Shown here piece by piece: positions 13,108 through 25,974 of a DNA stretch of 64,000 nt. A model generated the notes under the pieces. It ran no database searches. It saw nothing but the letters and a program-made list of their open reading frames with translations, and was not told the origin of the DNA. A program made the translations under genes and the position numbers. The DNA comes from Hormiphora californensis (Eukaryota; Animalia; Ctenophora). The stretch's first letter is position 1, and each line of letters opens with the position of its first letter. The DNA lies in contig CM035357.1 in the NCBI GenBank assembly GCA_020137815.1, positions 1,116,001 through 1,180,000 of the forward strand. Reading direction: 5' to 3'.

Positions 13108-14359
13108 GCACCTATTTCATTTCCTGGGATACGGCGAGGAGCGTTTCTGGGCAAGGAAACAAATTTGTAGCTCCGGAATCCGGATGCACACATCACCAGT
13201 GTAGGAATCGATGATATGGCCATAAAGATTGTCATGGACCACGGCTCCTACATTGGAAAGAGGGACAATGAGCATGATGCGAAGAAGTCCGATGACATTT
13301 CATTTATTCCCATCATAGCATACATTACCATGGGCTTAGTACTTCTCTTTGGATTGTCAGCAGCCTTATTTGTAAGTGGAATTGTAGAATAAATGGAGAA
13401 ATGCTGTTCGGCAAAAGCAGTCCTTTAACACCATCCCTTTACGACAAAGTTTACAAAATGATTTTTGAGAGATTTGGCGATAAGTTAGGTAATATAATCT
13501 GAAGATTGGTTTTATCCATGAAACGTTCGTAACACAGAAAATTCGTTTTCTTGGCAACATTAATTATAGATAAATATTGGAGAATAGTTAAGGATATAAA
13601 ATAGTTGCCGCCGTGACAAGGTGGTGTGGGCAGAGTAAGGCACATAGGAAGAGACAGTGTTTGACGTAGAACCTGAAACGAAACATTTTCATAGAAACCC
13701 CGAAAGGTAAAATGCAGTCGCTGGCCATTGCTGAAGTGGAAAAGAAATGTAAGGTGGCTGTGGTATTCCTGAACCATGATAGATACATCGAAGCCATATA
13801 TCCTCGAACATCATCAACAATGATTACAGCATTGTCACAATAATGAAAAGCAACGGGCAGATTTACCTAGCAAAACTGAAAGGGCTTTGTCGTGTCGACT
13901 CGACATGCCCAAGTCTTGAGTTGAATAAGCTGATTTATTATGTTATAGTTATAGCAAACCCGTTGATGGATGGATAATTATTGATCCATCAAACAGTTCT
14001 TATATTACTTATTTTAAAATTTAGTAACACATGGTATATCACAGGTGAGTTCAACACCGTTCGCCGGATCGACCAACTCACAGGTTGTGAGAACAACACT
14101 TGCGAAGAGTTATTGACATTGAAGAACATGCTCTGACAGAAAGAAACCTAGATGCATTCTAGATGCTGGGCCTTCCTCATCACAGGTTGTGAGGAAAACT
14201 CTTGGGGAAAGGTTAGGCAAAAACATTGTGAAAAGAAATCTGGAAGCGGAGGCCTATAGGGTCATAGAGGACCAATAAGCCGAATTTTATTATTTTGCAT
14301 TACATAATTGAAGTACAGACGTCATATACTTAGTACAATATATTTGATTTATTATGTTA

Positions 14360-14500
14360 CAGTCGAACCCCGATTTACCGAGAGGACAAACTTCCCCCGA
14401 TATAGAAAGTAAACAGTATTTGACTCCGATATACCAGACACCCCGATATACCAAGCAAAACCCTCTCCCCCGACCATCCCGATAAATCGGGGTCCGACTG
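14360..14500. mobile_element. Tc1/pogo-like MITE
   Basis: TA|CAGTCGAACCCCGATTTA...TAAATCGGGGTCCGACTG inverted ends. Confidence 0.75.
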
Positions 14501-15075
14501 CTATATCATTTTCCCACCCTAGGAACCTGAGTCACACCTTGTATGAACAATACCGACCCGGAAGGGCTATTCCCACTAAAAAGCTTTGCCCTTCTTCCAG
14601 CCGGGGGAGGGGACATCCTCGTATTAATTTGAAATCCACATTTTTTTCCTTCCTAATTTCTAACATGATTCTCTTCCTTAGAGAGAAACGAACCCGAAAG
14701 AGTCCCTGAGATCGCTGAGTTCCCGGAGATCGCGGAGTTCCCTGACCTGCCTGAGGTCCCAGAGTCAGATGGAGAAGCCCCCACGATTGCTGCTACACCG
14801 CTTTTTATTCCTGCGTGTGAACTTTTATGAAATTTTAGAGTTGTTTGCGGAGGAAAATGAATATTCGTCCTTTGTTCTCACACTCTCTCCCAACCTCTCC
14901 CGTATTTTGTCAGCATGTTATTGTGTGTGTTATTGTGTGTGTTCTCCAATCTCTATGCTTCTCCGGTTAGTTTAACATTTTCACTGCATGGTTTTTGAAA
15001 ACTTTTAGATAACTAAGATGTTAGTAATTCTATAATTAATATCTTTTTCCACAGTGTTGTGTTGTTGACACTACA

Positions 15076-15500
15076 ATGTCTACTGAGGAAGCTGAGATAC
15101 TGAAAGTGACATACTGTTCTAAGACGCTCCACGTTACCGGGATGACTGGTGTGATGACTGTGGCACCCTGCGGTAAGTTGAGAAATGGGGTGGGGGGAGG
15201 GGGCATCCTCGTATTAATTCGAACTCCACATTTTTTTCTTCCTAATTTCTAACATGATTCTCTTCCTTAGAGAGTAACGAACTGGAAGACGAGTTCCCTG
15301 TCCCTGAGTTCCCTGCCCCTGAGTTCGACATGCCTGAGGTCCACGTCCCTGAGTTCAACATGCCTGAGGACCACGTCCCTGAGTTCGACATGCCTGAGTT
15401 CGACATGCCTGAGGTTTCTGGAGAATACTGGTCGGACGCGGACGCAGAGCTCCCTCCTATTGAACAATCGAACGGAATAGGACATTACTGGGTAGTTTAA
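15076..15500 (+). CDS. Small two-exon gene (15076-15172, 15271-15500), 108-aa acidic protein with PEFDM/PEVHV pentapeptide repeats
   Basis: GTAAGT donor at 15173; TTCTAAC branch site and CCTTAG acceptor at 15270; the spliced frame is open to TAA at 15500. A paralog at 15601 differs mostly by synonymous or conservative changes. Confidence 0.6.
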
Positions 15501-15600
15501 CATTTTCACTGCATGGTTTTTGAAAACTTTTAGATAACTAAGATGTTAGTAATTCTATAATTAATATCTTTTTCCACAGTGTTGTGTTGTTGATAATACA

Positions 15601-15910
15601 ATGACTACTGAAGAATCTGAGCTACTAAAAGTTACGATCTGTACTAAGGTCTAAGACCCTCCACATCACCGGCATGACCGGGTCTATGACAGTGACACCC
15701 TGCAGTAAGTTGAGAAATGGGGTGGGGGCCGGGAGGGGACATCCTCGTATTAATTTGAAATCCACATTTTTTTCTTCCTAATTTCTAACATGATTCTCTT
15801 CCTTAGAGAGAAACGATCCCGAAAGAGTCCCTGAGAGTTCCCGGAGATCGCGGAGTTCCCTGACCTGCCTGAGGTCCCAGAGTCAGATGGAGAAGCCCCC
15901 ACGATTGCTG
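15601..15910 (+). pseudogene. Frameshifted paralog of the 15076 gene; a third partial copy (intron plus exon 2) lies at ~14605-14790
   Basis: MTTEESELLKVTICTK followed by a 7-bp insertion (GTCTAAG); same intron. Confidence 0.6.
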
Positions 15911-17233
15911 GTAAATACTGGACCTACACAACAGAGCTCCCTCACGTCCCTATCGAATAGCCTTTTAATTCCGTATGGGCTGTCAAGTGTCGTTGATATC
16001 AGGATTGTGAATGTGATCCTAAATTGACAATTAAAATGATGAACCTCATAATATATGGGTTTACTGTTGAGAAAGCCAAGGACAAACCACAGGTACTTGG
16101 AAGATATAAATAATTGAAGAACCAATTATTATTATAATTGATATCAGAATTATATGTTATATTTAGCTGTATAATGAACTTTCATATATAGTGGAGAATC
16201 CGATGAGCGAAGAATTATATCAAATAAACAAATATATTACCTCCCTCCTGAAGATAATAATGTTTACTAATAATCATAATATATGTATTATGTATAACCA
16301 TATGTTGATAATTCTGTACTAGAAAAAGTAGAGGAGCCCGCTGGTTGAAATCACAACGAGGTTCCAGGAAAGAAGCAGGAATGACTCACCTCAGTAAGTG
16401 GAACCAAAAGGGTTGCAGGAACCCCTGAGACATGTGGAGTGAAGACGAAGTTAGGTAACAAACACAGGTCATACAATCCTTACTATGACCCATATCATCA
16501 CGACAGCAAAATTACTCAATAGTTAGAGAACATATAGTATAAATTTCAGATTCCCCCCTCCGAACAATTATAGGTGCCGGGTAGTCGCATGATCACCGGC
16601 TGTACGAGCATTCGGAGTCTGAGATCCACAATATGGATATAATGAATGGAACCATGCATCTACTGATGAATGTCTTATCTACATGAAACAGCACTGTGAT
16701 CGAAACCACCCACGTAATTACTGGACCACACCAGTAGCTAGAGAAGACGGAGAGAGAAAGAGAGATTATATCGAGTTTATCTTGTTCATTCTACCCCGGA
16801 AATGGATTTACAATGTTACTGGGTTGCACACCACTCCTGTAACAACACCAGCAGCTAGAGAAGACGGAGACCTGCTTATGGTGAAGCCGTACTCCTATAA
16901 TTTACGCATGCACAACGGATTGAGTACATACACTAGTTATCACATTAATTTTTTACAATATTTCCGACTGCAAAATAATTTTCCGGAAACTAAAGCTAGC
17001 AGATCAGAATAGTACATTCCCGAGGCTAACGTCTTTTGAAATGTACCTATTAATACAGTTAGCTCAATGTTTAAAACTTATCATGATACAGTCCTATTTA
17101 ATAATGCATCCTCCACCACCGCAGTTATATCAGGTGCGAGTTCAGAGGTGGGGAACTGATCCACTAACGGCAGTGTCCACGAAAAGACCACCACCCCCGG
17201 AGACTATCGCTTTCAGGAGAATGGGCAGGGATA

Positions 17234-18148
17234 TTAGGTTGTCCAGTAAATATTTTCGTTTGGTGTTTATTAGGAAAATGGTTTGAGATAGAGCAAAATG
17301 GACTTCACCACAGTTTTTCTCACGTGATTTTGGATCGGAATATCATGCCTGATATCGGTATATAGTTTTTCTGGGGTGCCAGCAAGCTATTTTCTCTACC
17401 CCACTGTTGTTGCCGCTGCACGGGGTCACCAAAGTTTTTTAAACGCTTCCCTAAGAAAACTGGTACAGTCTTTTTAGCTCCAATGGTGCTTAATCGATAG
17501 CAAATCGTCCAAGGATAAAATGTATACGCGATTTGGGTCTCTACGCGTTCGATATTAACCACTAGAACAGTAAATGTAACATCAAAAATCGAAAAAGCGC
17601 AAAAAAATCTGGCCTGTTTTACGGGTGTGTTCGAAAACGTCAATAACTCACTTTTTAAGTCAACCAATCACATAATTGGGTTCACTACGTCGTAGAACTG
17701 ACTTAAAACTATCTTTTACTGCAGAGTTTTTGATTATGAGCCAATCCTGGTGAGACCCGGAAGTGAAAGTTTCTATTTTGACCAAAACTTTTTGGAGGCC
17801 CATTGCTCAGTGACAAAATAAAGATAGAATATTTTATTACATCGTAAACGATAGATAATTGTCCAATGAACAAGCTTGATGCAACAAAACATCACTCAGG
17901 TACCATTTTTAGGAAGTACAGCAGCTTTAGTACTAAAACTCGAAAATCGCGATTTTTCATATGCAGCAGCATCAAGAGTGGTGTAGAGTAAATAGCCTGG
18001 TGGGAACCGAGAACAGCCAAATACCGATATCAGGCATGATATTCCGATCCAAAATCGCGTGAGAAAAACTGTGGTAAAGTCCATTTTGCTCTATCTCAAA
18101 CCATTTTCCCAATAAAAGCCAAACGAAAATATTTACTGGACAACCTAA
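17234..18148. mobile_element. Mariner-derived MITE
   Basis: TA|TTAGGTTGTCCAG...CTGGACAACCTAA|TA; TIRs longer than 125 bp; no transposase. Confidence 0.85.
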
Positions 18149-18769
18149 TATGTTGGACACTTGGGATGAAAATGGGGTATACCCCATCGAGAAGTTAAAA
18201 GATGAAGGATATTTGGCTCAATGTTTAAAACTTATCATGATGCAGGATACAGTCCTATTTAATGACAGTGCACTATATTATACAGTGGTTTATCATTTAT
18301 TCATATTATATATACCGGTTTATCATTGTAGAGATGAATCAGCGAATTTTAATAGATAATTTAAATCCTCCCTAATATGATACTTTTGACTAATTCATTA
18401 TCAAAATATTGTCGGGCTACGGAGGTATGGGGGATTCCTACGATTTCGTCGGGCTGAAGATATATATGGTCTATAGCTATTGGGGTATGCTATTATCGAT
18501 ACACGAATCAGTATGACGTATTAATATGTGTGGGTTCCAGTACCCCCGCCAGAACTGGAAAGGTCTAGCAGAAAGACATAAAATTTTTGAGAAGTACCCC
18601 AATTCTCGGGATGCAGTGGTTAAAAAGAACATAAGCTACATGACAATATATCCACGGATCAACTCAAGTTTCTGGACATGGTTTTCTAAATTGCCACTGA
18701 TCACCCACATGGGGGAGCACGATCTGTTGGGAAAGTGTTTGGGATGGAACCCGGTCAGGTGCCACGAGA

Positions 18770-19013
18770 TTAGCCACTATGGTTAGGTCCCCCAGCTAAT
18801 GGTGCAGCTGGCACCCTCTCCATCTCTTCTCTTCGCTGATCCCCCGATCTCTTCCGCCAAAGGCAGATTATTAAAAGCATGAACCCAGCTAGTAAAAACA
18901 ATCCCACTGCAACCACAAGGCTACCCGGTAGTAACCCAGAGGAAGGACTATCAGTATAATCAGTATAATCAGTATAATCAGTATAATCAGTATAATCAGT
19001 ATAATCAGTATAA
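18770..19013 (-). pseudogene. Fragment of a single-pass membrane protein with a (YTD)n repeat
   Basis: The 9-bp repeat at 18950-19013 encodes YTD, followed by hydrophobic LVVAVGLFLLAGFMLLIICLW and basic RKR. Confidence 0.45.
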
Positions 19014-19049
19014 TATGTGTGGGTTCCAGTACACCCGCCAGAACTGGAA

Positions 19050-19616
19050 ACGTCTTGCAGAGAGACATAAACTTTTTGAGAAGTACCCCTCTTCTCGGGC
19101 ATGAGCTTGTTTCGATATCCGTGTGCTCCAATGTTCCCGGCTACATGGATCCTAAGTGCTTTGTCTTGGAATCTGCATGTGGACAAAAGCAGCTCGTGGA
19201 AGATTTCTTGAAGTATCTCACAGCCATCAGTCAGACTGCCGCCGCTCTAATGGAGGATCGCTACAAAGAATACGGAATTGATAAAAAGCTATTTGTTTGG
19301 GCTGACAAACGTTTGACGCAGCAGTGGGAACAACAGCAGTAGGAACAACAGATCCTTCAACGGAGCAAAGTACGATATCAACGTGTTGAGACAGCACATG
19401 TTCCCCATTTTGTCAGCACAGGATGCTGTCAAGTTTGTGGTTAAAAAGAACATAAGCTACATGACAATATCAACGGATCAACTCAAGTTTCTGGACATGG
19501 TTTTTTTCTACATTGCCACTGGAAATAGTCTTGATAAGTTCACAAAAGCGTATGGGGCAAGACAAAGGAAATCATTCTTCCCTTACGAGTACCCTGATTC
19601 TTTTAAAAAGCTGCAG
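19050..19616 (+). pseudogene. Polinton/Maverick protein-primed DNA polymerase B fragment (exonuclease region)
   Basis: HELVSISVCSNVPG..PKCFV; SFNGAKYDINVL (ExoII); KKNISYMTISTDQLKFLD; KAYG..KSFFPYEY. Disrupted; an internally deleted copy lies at 18524-18690. Confidence 0.8.
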
Positions 19617-22600
19617 GTATACTATATGTATTGACGTGTTATAAATATATCTCTCTTATAAACATTATTTTAAACAATTTCCCAACATGTTGACAGACAC
19701 TGTAAAGTGTCTTTCAAAAGGATTAAACTCAATTACTTAGTGTTTCATTATATATTTCATCTTTTCCAAGGTATTCTTTTCATCTTTTCTTTTTCAATTT
19801 TTCATCTTTTCTTTTCAACGTTTCATCTTTTAAACATATTATATCGAGTATTTCATGTGACAGTTTCAACATCTTTTCAGCATCCAGCACTTTATATAAA
19901 GTTCAAGGGGTGTTTCGGTACATCTTATCTTTGTCATGTATCATTTCATTTTTTCTTTTAGTGTTTTATCTTTTAAAATAACTAGACCTTTTGGGGTAAG
20001 ACCGCTCTCACTACACAACCTCACGTAGTCGCACCGGGCCTTCGGATCGGTGCGGAGAGGACGGTCTTGTATGAGACAATACAGATGTTAGCGGGACCGG
20101 TGATAAGCAGACCGAAGTACAGTACAGGTCTCTTCCCAGTGGAACAAATATGCAGAAAATCAGGGCAGTAGCGGACCTCATACAAACAGAAGGCGAGGAG
20201 ACCTACTTCCAGACGATAGACTATGTGAAAAAGAACCGGGCCAAACTACGATCAGGGCCCAGGATAATAGATCGTCTGCCAGAGAACCTGAGATGTGACC
20301 CGAAGAAAGGCCCTGTACAGCAGATCAAAGGACTAGTGATTATTATATAGTACGCTGCATTAGAGTGCCGCGCTGAGCGCTCTGTTTATCCTTATTTTAT
20401 GATCAAGAAGAATCTTACTTTTTATATATTCACTTCTAGTTTTATCCACAACCAACGTGTTTGATCCTTTGAACCTTGCAACCTATATCAACTAGGTCAA
20501 CGAGTGAGGTCGATGGCTGTTGGGGTGGCGGAAACGCTGAAGATCTATACAGGAGGTAATGAACTGGACGTGCTTGACGAGGCCTGGCATGTACTGAGGT
20601 TATTCCGGAGCCTCCCAGTGAACAAATAGCTACGTAAAAACTATATAATACTACCAATTCGGAGTATTTCTGCATCCCCACAATACAGTTCGTGTTGCTG
20701 GGCGAGATTTCATATCAACTATCCAATGCTACCAATTCGGAGTTTTTCCCTCATCCCCACAATACAGTTCGTGTTGCTGGGCGAGACTTGTCATCATCTA
20801 CCAACCATCCCGTCCAAGAATATCGGACCAAGTAACAGCAACTAATAACCATCCTTACTACGACCTTCATTTGTTATGATAGGGGATCGCATTCCAGTTG
20901 GAGTAACCCATCCTCATTTTTCAGATGTAACACTACTGAGTGAGGTACTAGAGAATCTACCTGAGAAGCAGCTAAAGCAACTAAGCCGCCTTGTCTTCTG
21001 ACAGAAGATAATCAAGCTGCGATTATTATAGTACGTGTACAATCTCTATTATGAATAAACGTTATGATGGTCATTTGAGGTAGTTAATTATATCTTGTAT
21101 TGTATCTTGGATTATGTCTTATACCAACGGCAAAATTAAAATTAAAGTTTTCGAGATTTCGAAATCGAATACAAGTCTCCTAAAGTGATAATCCTCCAGT
21201 AGCAGCATCAGCTGTGCTATGCTGTTCCAGGGGATCTGAGCAGGATATAAGTTTGGATATCATTATTATTACCAGATGTTATCGTATATCAGTAATAATT
21301 ATAGTTAAATAAGAAACAAGTATAACCCCAGCCCTTGCTCCATCTTGGGCTTCAGCATTTTCATTTTGGAGATGTCCTCTCTACCAATGTACGAGGAATC
21401 CCAGAGAGAGGGCCTCTCTATCCATATCCAATCTGGGTGGTATGGGTTACCGAGTGGCTTGCCCGAGTACGTGCCGGCTCTGTCCATATACATAATGAAA
21501 GATGGTTTATTGGATCTCATATCTTTTGCCATTGCTTTCGACTTCTCTTTCTCGCTCATATGTATAGTGGACAAACACGCAATGTAATTTCTCTCACTCT
21601 TGTATGGTAGTCGAATACCCGTTGTAGAAAAAGGCCTGATGAGCGATAGTCAAATGTCCATCATTATTATTACCAGATGGACATGATCATAAAGTCGGGA
21701 CATTTTTGAGAATTTATATGTAATCGTATATCTAATTACGTTTAATTTGTTCCAAATACCCTCACGGGGCTGGGACAGCCTCGACGAAAAAGAAGAAAAG
21801 AAGTAAAGCTGGGCCGTGCATAGCTTCCGAATTAGTTTATTATATCTTGTATCCAATCTGACAGTTTCTAATTCTTAACGACCAAACCAATGTGTTTAGT
21901 ACTTCGTACGGTCTACCAATTGCCAAGAGCTCCCTCAGAATTGGGAGACGCCATTGTCTATCTTCCAGGTAGTATAACACAGTTCAGTTTTATATTCATT
22001 CATAAATCGAAAGTTTCTAAACAATTGTTGTACAACTGTTTTTTACAGTGGGTCCCGGTACACGACAGATTCAACCGATGAGGAGCCAAAGAAGTTCCTG
22101 GACAAGTTTGTAGAGAAGATGGACAGCTATTGGTTCAGCAACAGCCACTGGGAGAGGATCCACCAGGGAAACGTCCCATGTTGAGGGATTCCAGAATCTG
22201 ACAAGGTTCCTCAACTTGATTGCGGTGAGCACGGGAGTGGGTCTGCATCATGTTGGGCCGACGGAAGTCTCATTCCAGTTTAAGACTGATTTTCACCTCC
22301 CCACTCTCAACAATTTGTTGATGTTAAGGGCACAACTTTACGGAGGGAGATATTGAGGCTCTGATGGGTAGGATCAAGGAGACCGGAACTGCTGGGAGAC
22401 TCAAGTTGTGAAGAGGTTTTTGGTCGCTTGGGGAGTTGTCGAGAGCTACGGCTCAGTGGTAGATCGGGGAAATTTCCTGAGGTACTGCGGCAACAGCAAG
22501 AATCAGGACCGGGTGTACCAGATGGAGCTAACAGCTGCTCCAGATTTCTATGTACTTATACATTGATTATCAACATGAGGTGAGTACAAGGGAAGAAAAC

Positions 22601-23614
22601 TAACCCAAAGAAATACCGTGAACTCGAAGCGGAATAGAGTCAGGCTATACGCGTGGAAAATGGACATTGAAATAATAGATGGACACTGAAATAATAGATG
22701 TACATACTAGTATTTCTCAGGCAGTAAGACGAAATAATTAACATAACCCACTGATGATAATTATAGTTAAATAAGAAACAAGTATAACCCCAGCCCTTCT
22801 CCATGGGGAATGGACACTGAAATACTACTAGTATTTCTAAGTAATAGTATTAATAATATTTCTCAGGCAGTATCGTTAATGTCCAGATGAGCTACTCTCG
22901 TGGAGCGACAATACCAATTGATGGACTGTTTCCACGCTAAATTCATAAAATATATTGCTTTACCGATAGATATGTATTAAATTGTATTTATCAATGATGT
23001 TTTTTCTTCCACTCCCTTGGTTCACCGAGTCATGCCGGTGTCGCACTAATTACAGTGTGCAAATGTATGGTGCTCACATGTAGAAATGCATATGTTCACC
23101 ACTCATCAGTCGCTGTGTTGTTGAGTCTAACTCAATAGCACCAGTTGTCACTTGTTCTAGTTTCAATTGTGAGGAGCCTGTAAAAGGGCCATCTAGCAAC
23201 TGCACGAGTTCTATTATATTATATTTTATATTTTAATGATGTTTTTGTTCCGAACACTGGGTATTAAAAACCTAACTGACTCTGTCAAGCAGTAATTTTA
23301 TTGATGGGGTTGCGATTCGCGACTAAACGAACGGAAATAATCACCTGAGGCGATTTTTATGAAGCTAAACATGAGGCCTTGAAAGACCTTAAAAAGAAAG
23401 ACGTTCTAACCAAAATATTTGAAGAAAGTCGTGTTCTTCCGGATGAAGATGGAGGTTATCGTAACCTTAAAGGTTAAATCGATAGTCGTGACAGATCAGG
23501 ACTCTACTGGTTCTGATCCTATCTAAGTGTGTTCATTTTATTGCACTGAGTTATCTTAGCACCGATGGGAGGTGAGTACTACTGGGCCTAGCACTACCAC
23601 ACCTGCTCCAGCAA

Positions 23615-23803
23615 GATTTTGTATCTTGTATTATATCTTGTATTGTATCTTGTATTGTATATTGTATTGTATCTTGTATTATATCTTGTATTGTATCTTG
23701 TATTAAATAATCTTATCTTGTATTAAATAATCTTATCGTATTATATCTTGTATTATATCTTGTATTGTATCTTGTATTAATATCTTGTATTGCATCTTGT
23801 ATT
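23615..23803. repeat. (TATCTTGTAT)n minisatellite
   Basis: Visible 10-bp degenerate tandem repeat. Confidence 0.9.
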
Positions 23804-24144
23804 AATTAACCAGGCGAAAGTACAGGGTGTCCCAGAGATCACACTTGGCTATGATCCTTTATCTCACAACCTTTTTCTATCAACCCTTTCTAGGTGTCAG
23901 GTAACGACTACTCGCCTGCCTTCTTCGGAAAAGCAAAAACATCCTGGTGGGAACTTGGGAAGTAATGCTTGACCCGTTGGTGGAGCGATCGTCCGGTCGC
24001 CCTCTGAGTTCAGTAAAGAATGGCACTTTTTCCAAACCATTGTTCTTAGGATGAATGGGACTATTTCCATATATATATTGGGCGTTAGCTCGCTTAAGAT
24101 AACTGCCGATGCTTTTAGCCTCTCGGCCTTGTAGGATATATAAG

Positions 24145-24480
24145 AATTACGCAATCACGATAGTGATACGGGCAGTACTAGAGGAGAGAAAAATAATAAA
24201 GGAGGCTAGTATTGAAACAGGATGCAAAAAGGGGATAACGCTGGATGATATGAGTGGAAAATCAACCATCATGACGGTCCTGGAGTTTATGAGTGATAGT
24301 ATAGAAGGCCTAGACAATAGTACGATAGATTTGAGGAAGAAACTAGGAGAAAAAATTGAAACAGGATCGCCCAAGATCAAAGATCCTTTCGAAGAAAAGG
24401 ATCTCTACAGGACCCAGCAAGATAGCACTAAGGAGATTAGGTGGAATATCGTGTCATATTATCTAGAACACCTTTCAGTA
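24145..24480 (+). pseudogene. C-terminal (PAP-associated) part of a TENT/Cid1-like nucleotidyltransferase
   Basis: Begins NYAITIVIRAVLEE, overlapping the NYAITLVIRALLED of the 38344 copy; contains IKDPFE; flanked by 47-bp direct repeats at 24094-24140 and 24497-24543. Confidence 0.6.
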
Positions 24481-24647
24481 AGAAGATGGAGGGATGTTAA
24501 GGTAACTGCCGGTGCTTTTAGCCTATCGGCCTTGTAGGATATAATATATTTAAATTATATGTCTATAGTGTAAGAGCGGGATGAGTAATTTACTGACTGT
24601 AATATAAATGGTGATGTTCATTTTCATAGAAACATGTAAATAAATAT

Positions 24648-24995
24648 CTTACTGAGGCCCGGATGAGAGTGTTAAACAGCCTGGTCAGAACGGACCTTTA
24701 TAGAGTTATGCCGCCTAATGGCGATGCCTTATTTCAACATTTTAAAATTGCGACTTATATTGCTGGCCATCTATGGGCCAAGGCTGACAACTTGATTTTA
24801 GACTTGCCCTCTAACTTGACTTAAGGCTCGCACGAAGAAGGTTTCCGATAGGCAACCAAACATCAGTCCCAACACTGGCAAGAAATACTATTCAAACCTG
24901 CACCAAGAAATGTGGGGAAAAGGATTGTGCATCATGCAAGTGTGAAGAATGCTGGAGACAATGTGGTTGTTCTGCAAATACTTGTATTAACCGGG
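24648..24995 (+). pseudogene. Academ-like transposase C-terminal relic
   Basis: LTEARMRVL...MPPNGDALFQHFKIATYIAGHLW followed by a Cys-rich CXC-like tail. Confidence 0.55.
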
Positions 24996-25974
24996 AAACT
25001 TTTCCCGGTAGATACTAAACATAATATAGCAGTTAGATCTTATATTATATATCATTATATTAGGGAAAATGTAATCTTACACCACTTCTAACCACATCTC
25101 CCACTAATTAGCGAAATGACACGAAAAACCAAGCTATGGCTCATATTAACAGCAAAAAACATCTCAAAAGACTTGAGCAGGGTAAGTATTTTTAGTTTAT
25201 TATTTATTTCTATTAACACTAGGTTTGTATTTTAGAATAGTAACACAATAATATTATGTTTGCATTAAGATAACAGTAGTAGGCTACCTGGCCTGCTTCA
25301 AGGGGATACGGGAGGACACTATCCCGGGGAAGGAACACAGGCCTCAGCAACACTCTTTGTCACCCATCTGGAGAGTGTCAAGTTCTTGTTTTGAGGAGCT
25401 GAGCAGCAGAACCGATGAAGTGCTTCAAAGCATCGTGATTTAATAAATAATTAATTAATCTCTTTTGCTTTGCTTTGGATTAACCCGGAGTGGAGCTCCT
25501 TTGAATTGTGTTCCATTGAGGACCTCAATAGCCGTGTTACAGGTGGATTTAGAGAGCGAGTTTAGCCACCTAGGGAGGGGATACCCCCCTCTTGTCCTTC
25601 TTTATTAAATATAAGGTACCGAGATTCTGGAAAACTAGCTACCGGCTACAAAGACTAATTGGAGTGCACTGCACAACACGAGCTAGAATCCTTTCAGAGA
25701 AGGAATTTAGTCGCAAAGAATTATATAATTGAACAGCATTATTATTCTATACTGCGTATATGAAATTCGGGGCGGGGAGGGCCCTGAAGGTCTATTATAT
25801 GGAGAACTACCATCTTTGGATCCCTACAGCATGGTTAGCATATTATTTAACACACGGTGACTTGGGGAACCAGGTACACATAAGTTTGGGAAATTGTAAA
25901 CTTACTGTCTAACGCCACTTCTAACCCCATCTCCCACAAGATTAGGGCGAGGGCCGAGGTGAAACTAGGGCGGA

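Noticed and set aside
13725-13850. Possible Penelope RT snippet (KGGxVVFLNxxxYI)
   Set aside because: Requires frameshifts and is too short to support.
15267-15509. Minus-strand ORF with RHVEL repeats
   Set aside because: Antisense shadow of the + strand spliced PEFDM gene, which has the splice signals.
16660-16705. Hammerhead-like CTGATGA...GAAA
   Set aside because: The cleavage triplet would be GUG and no stem I can form.
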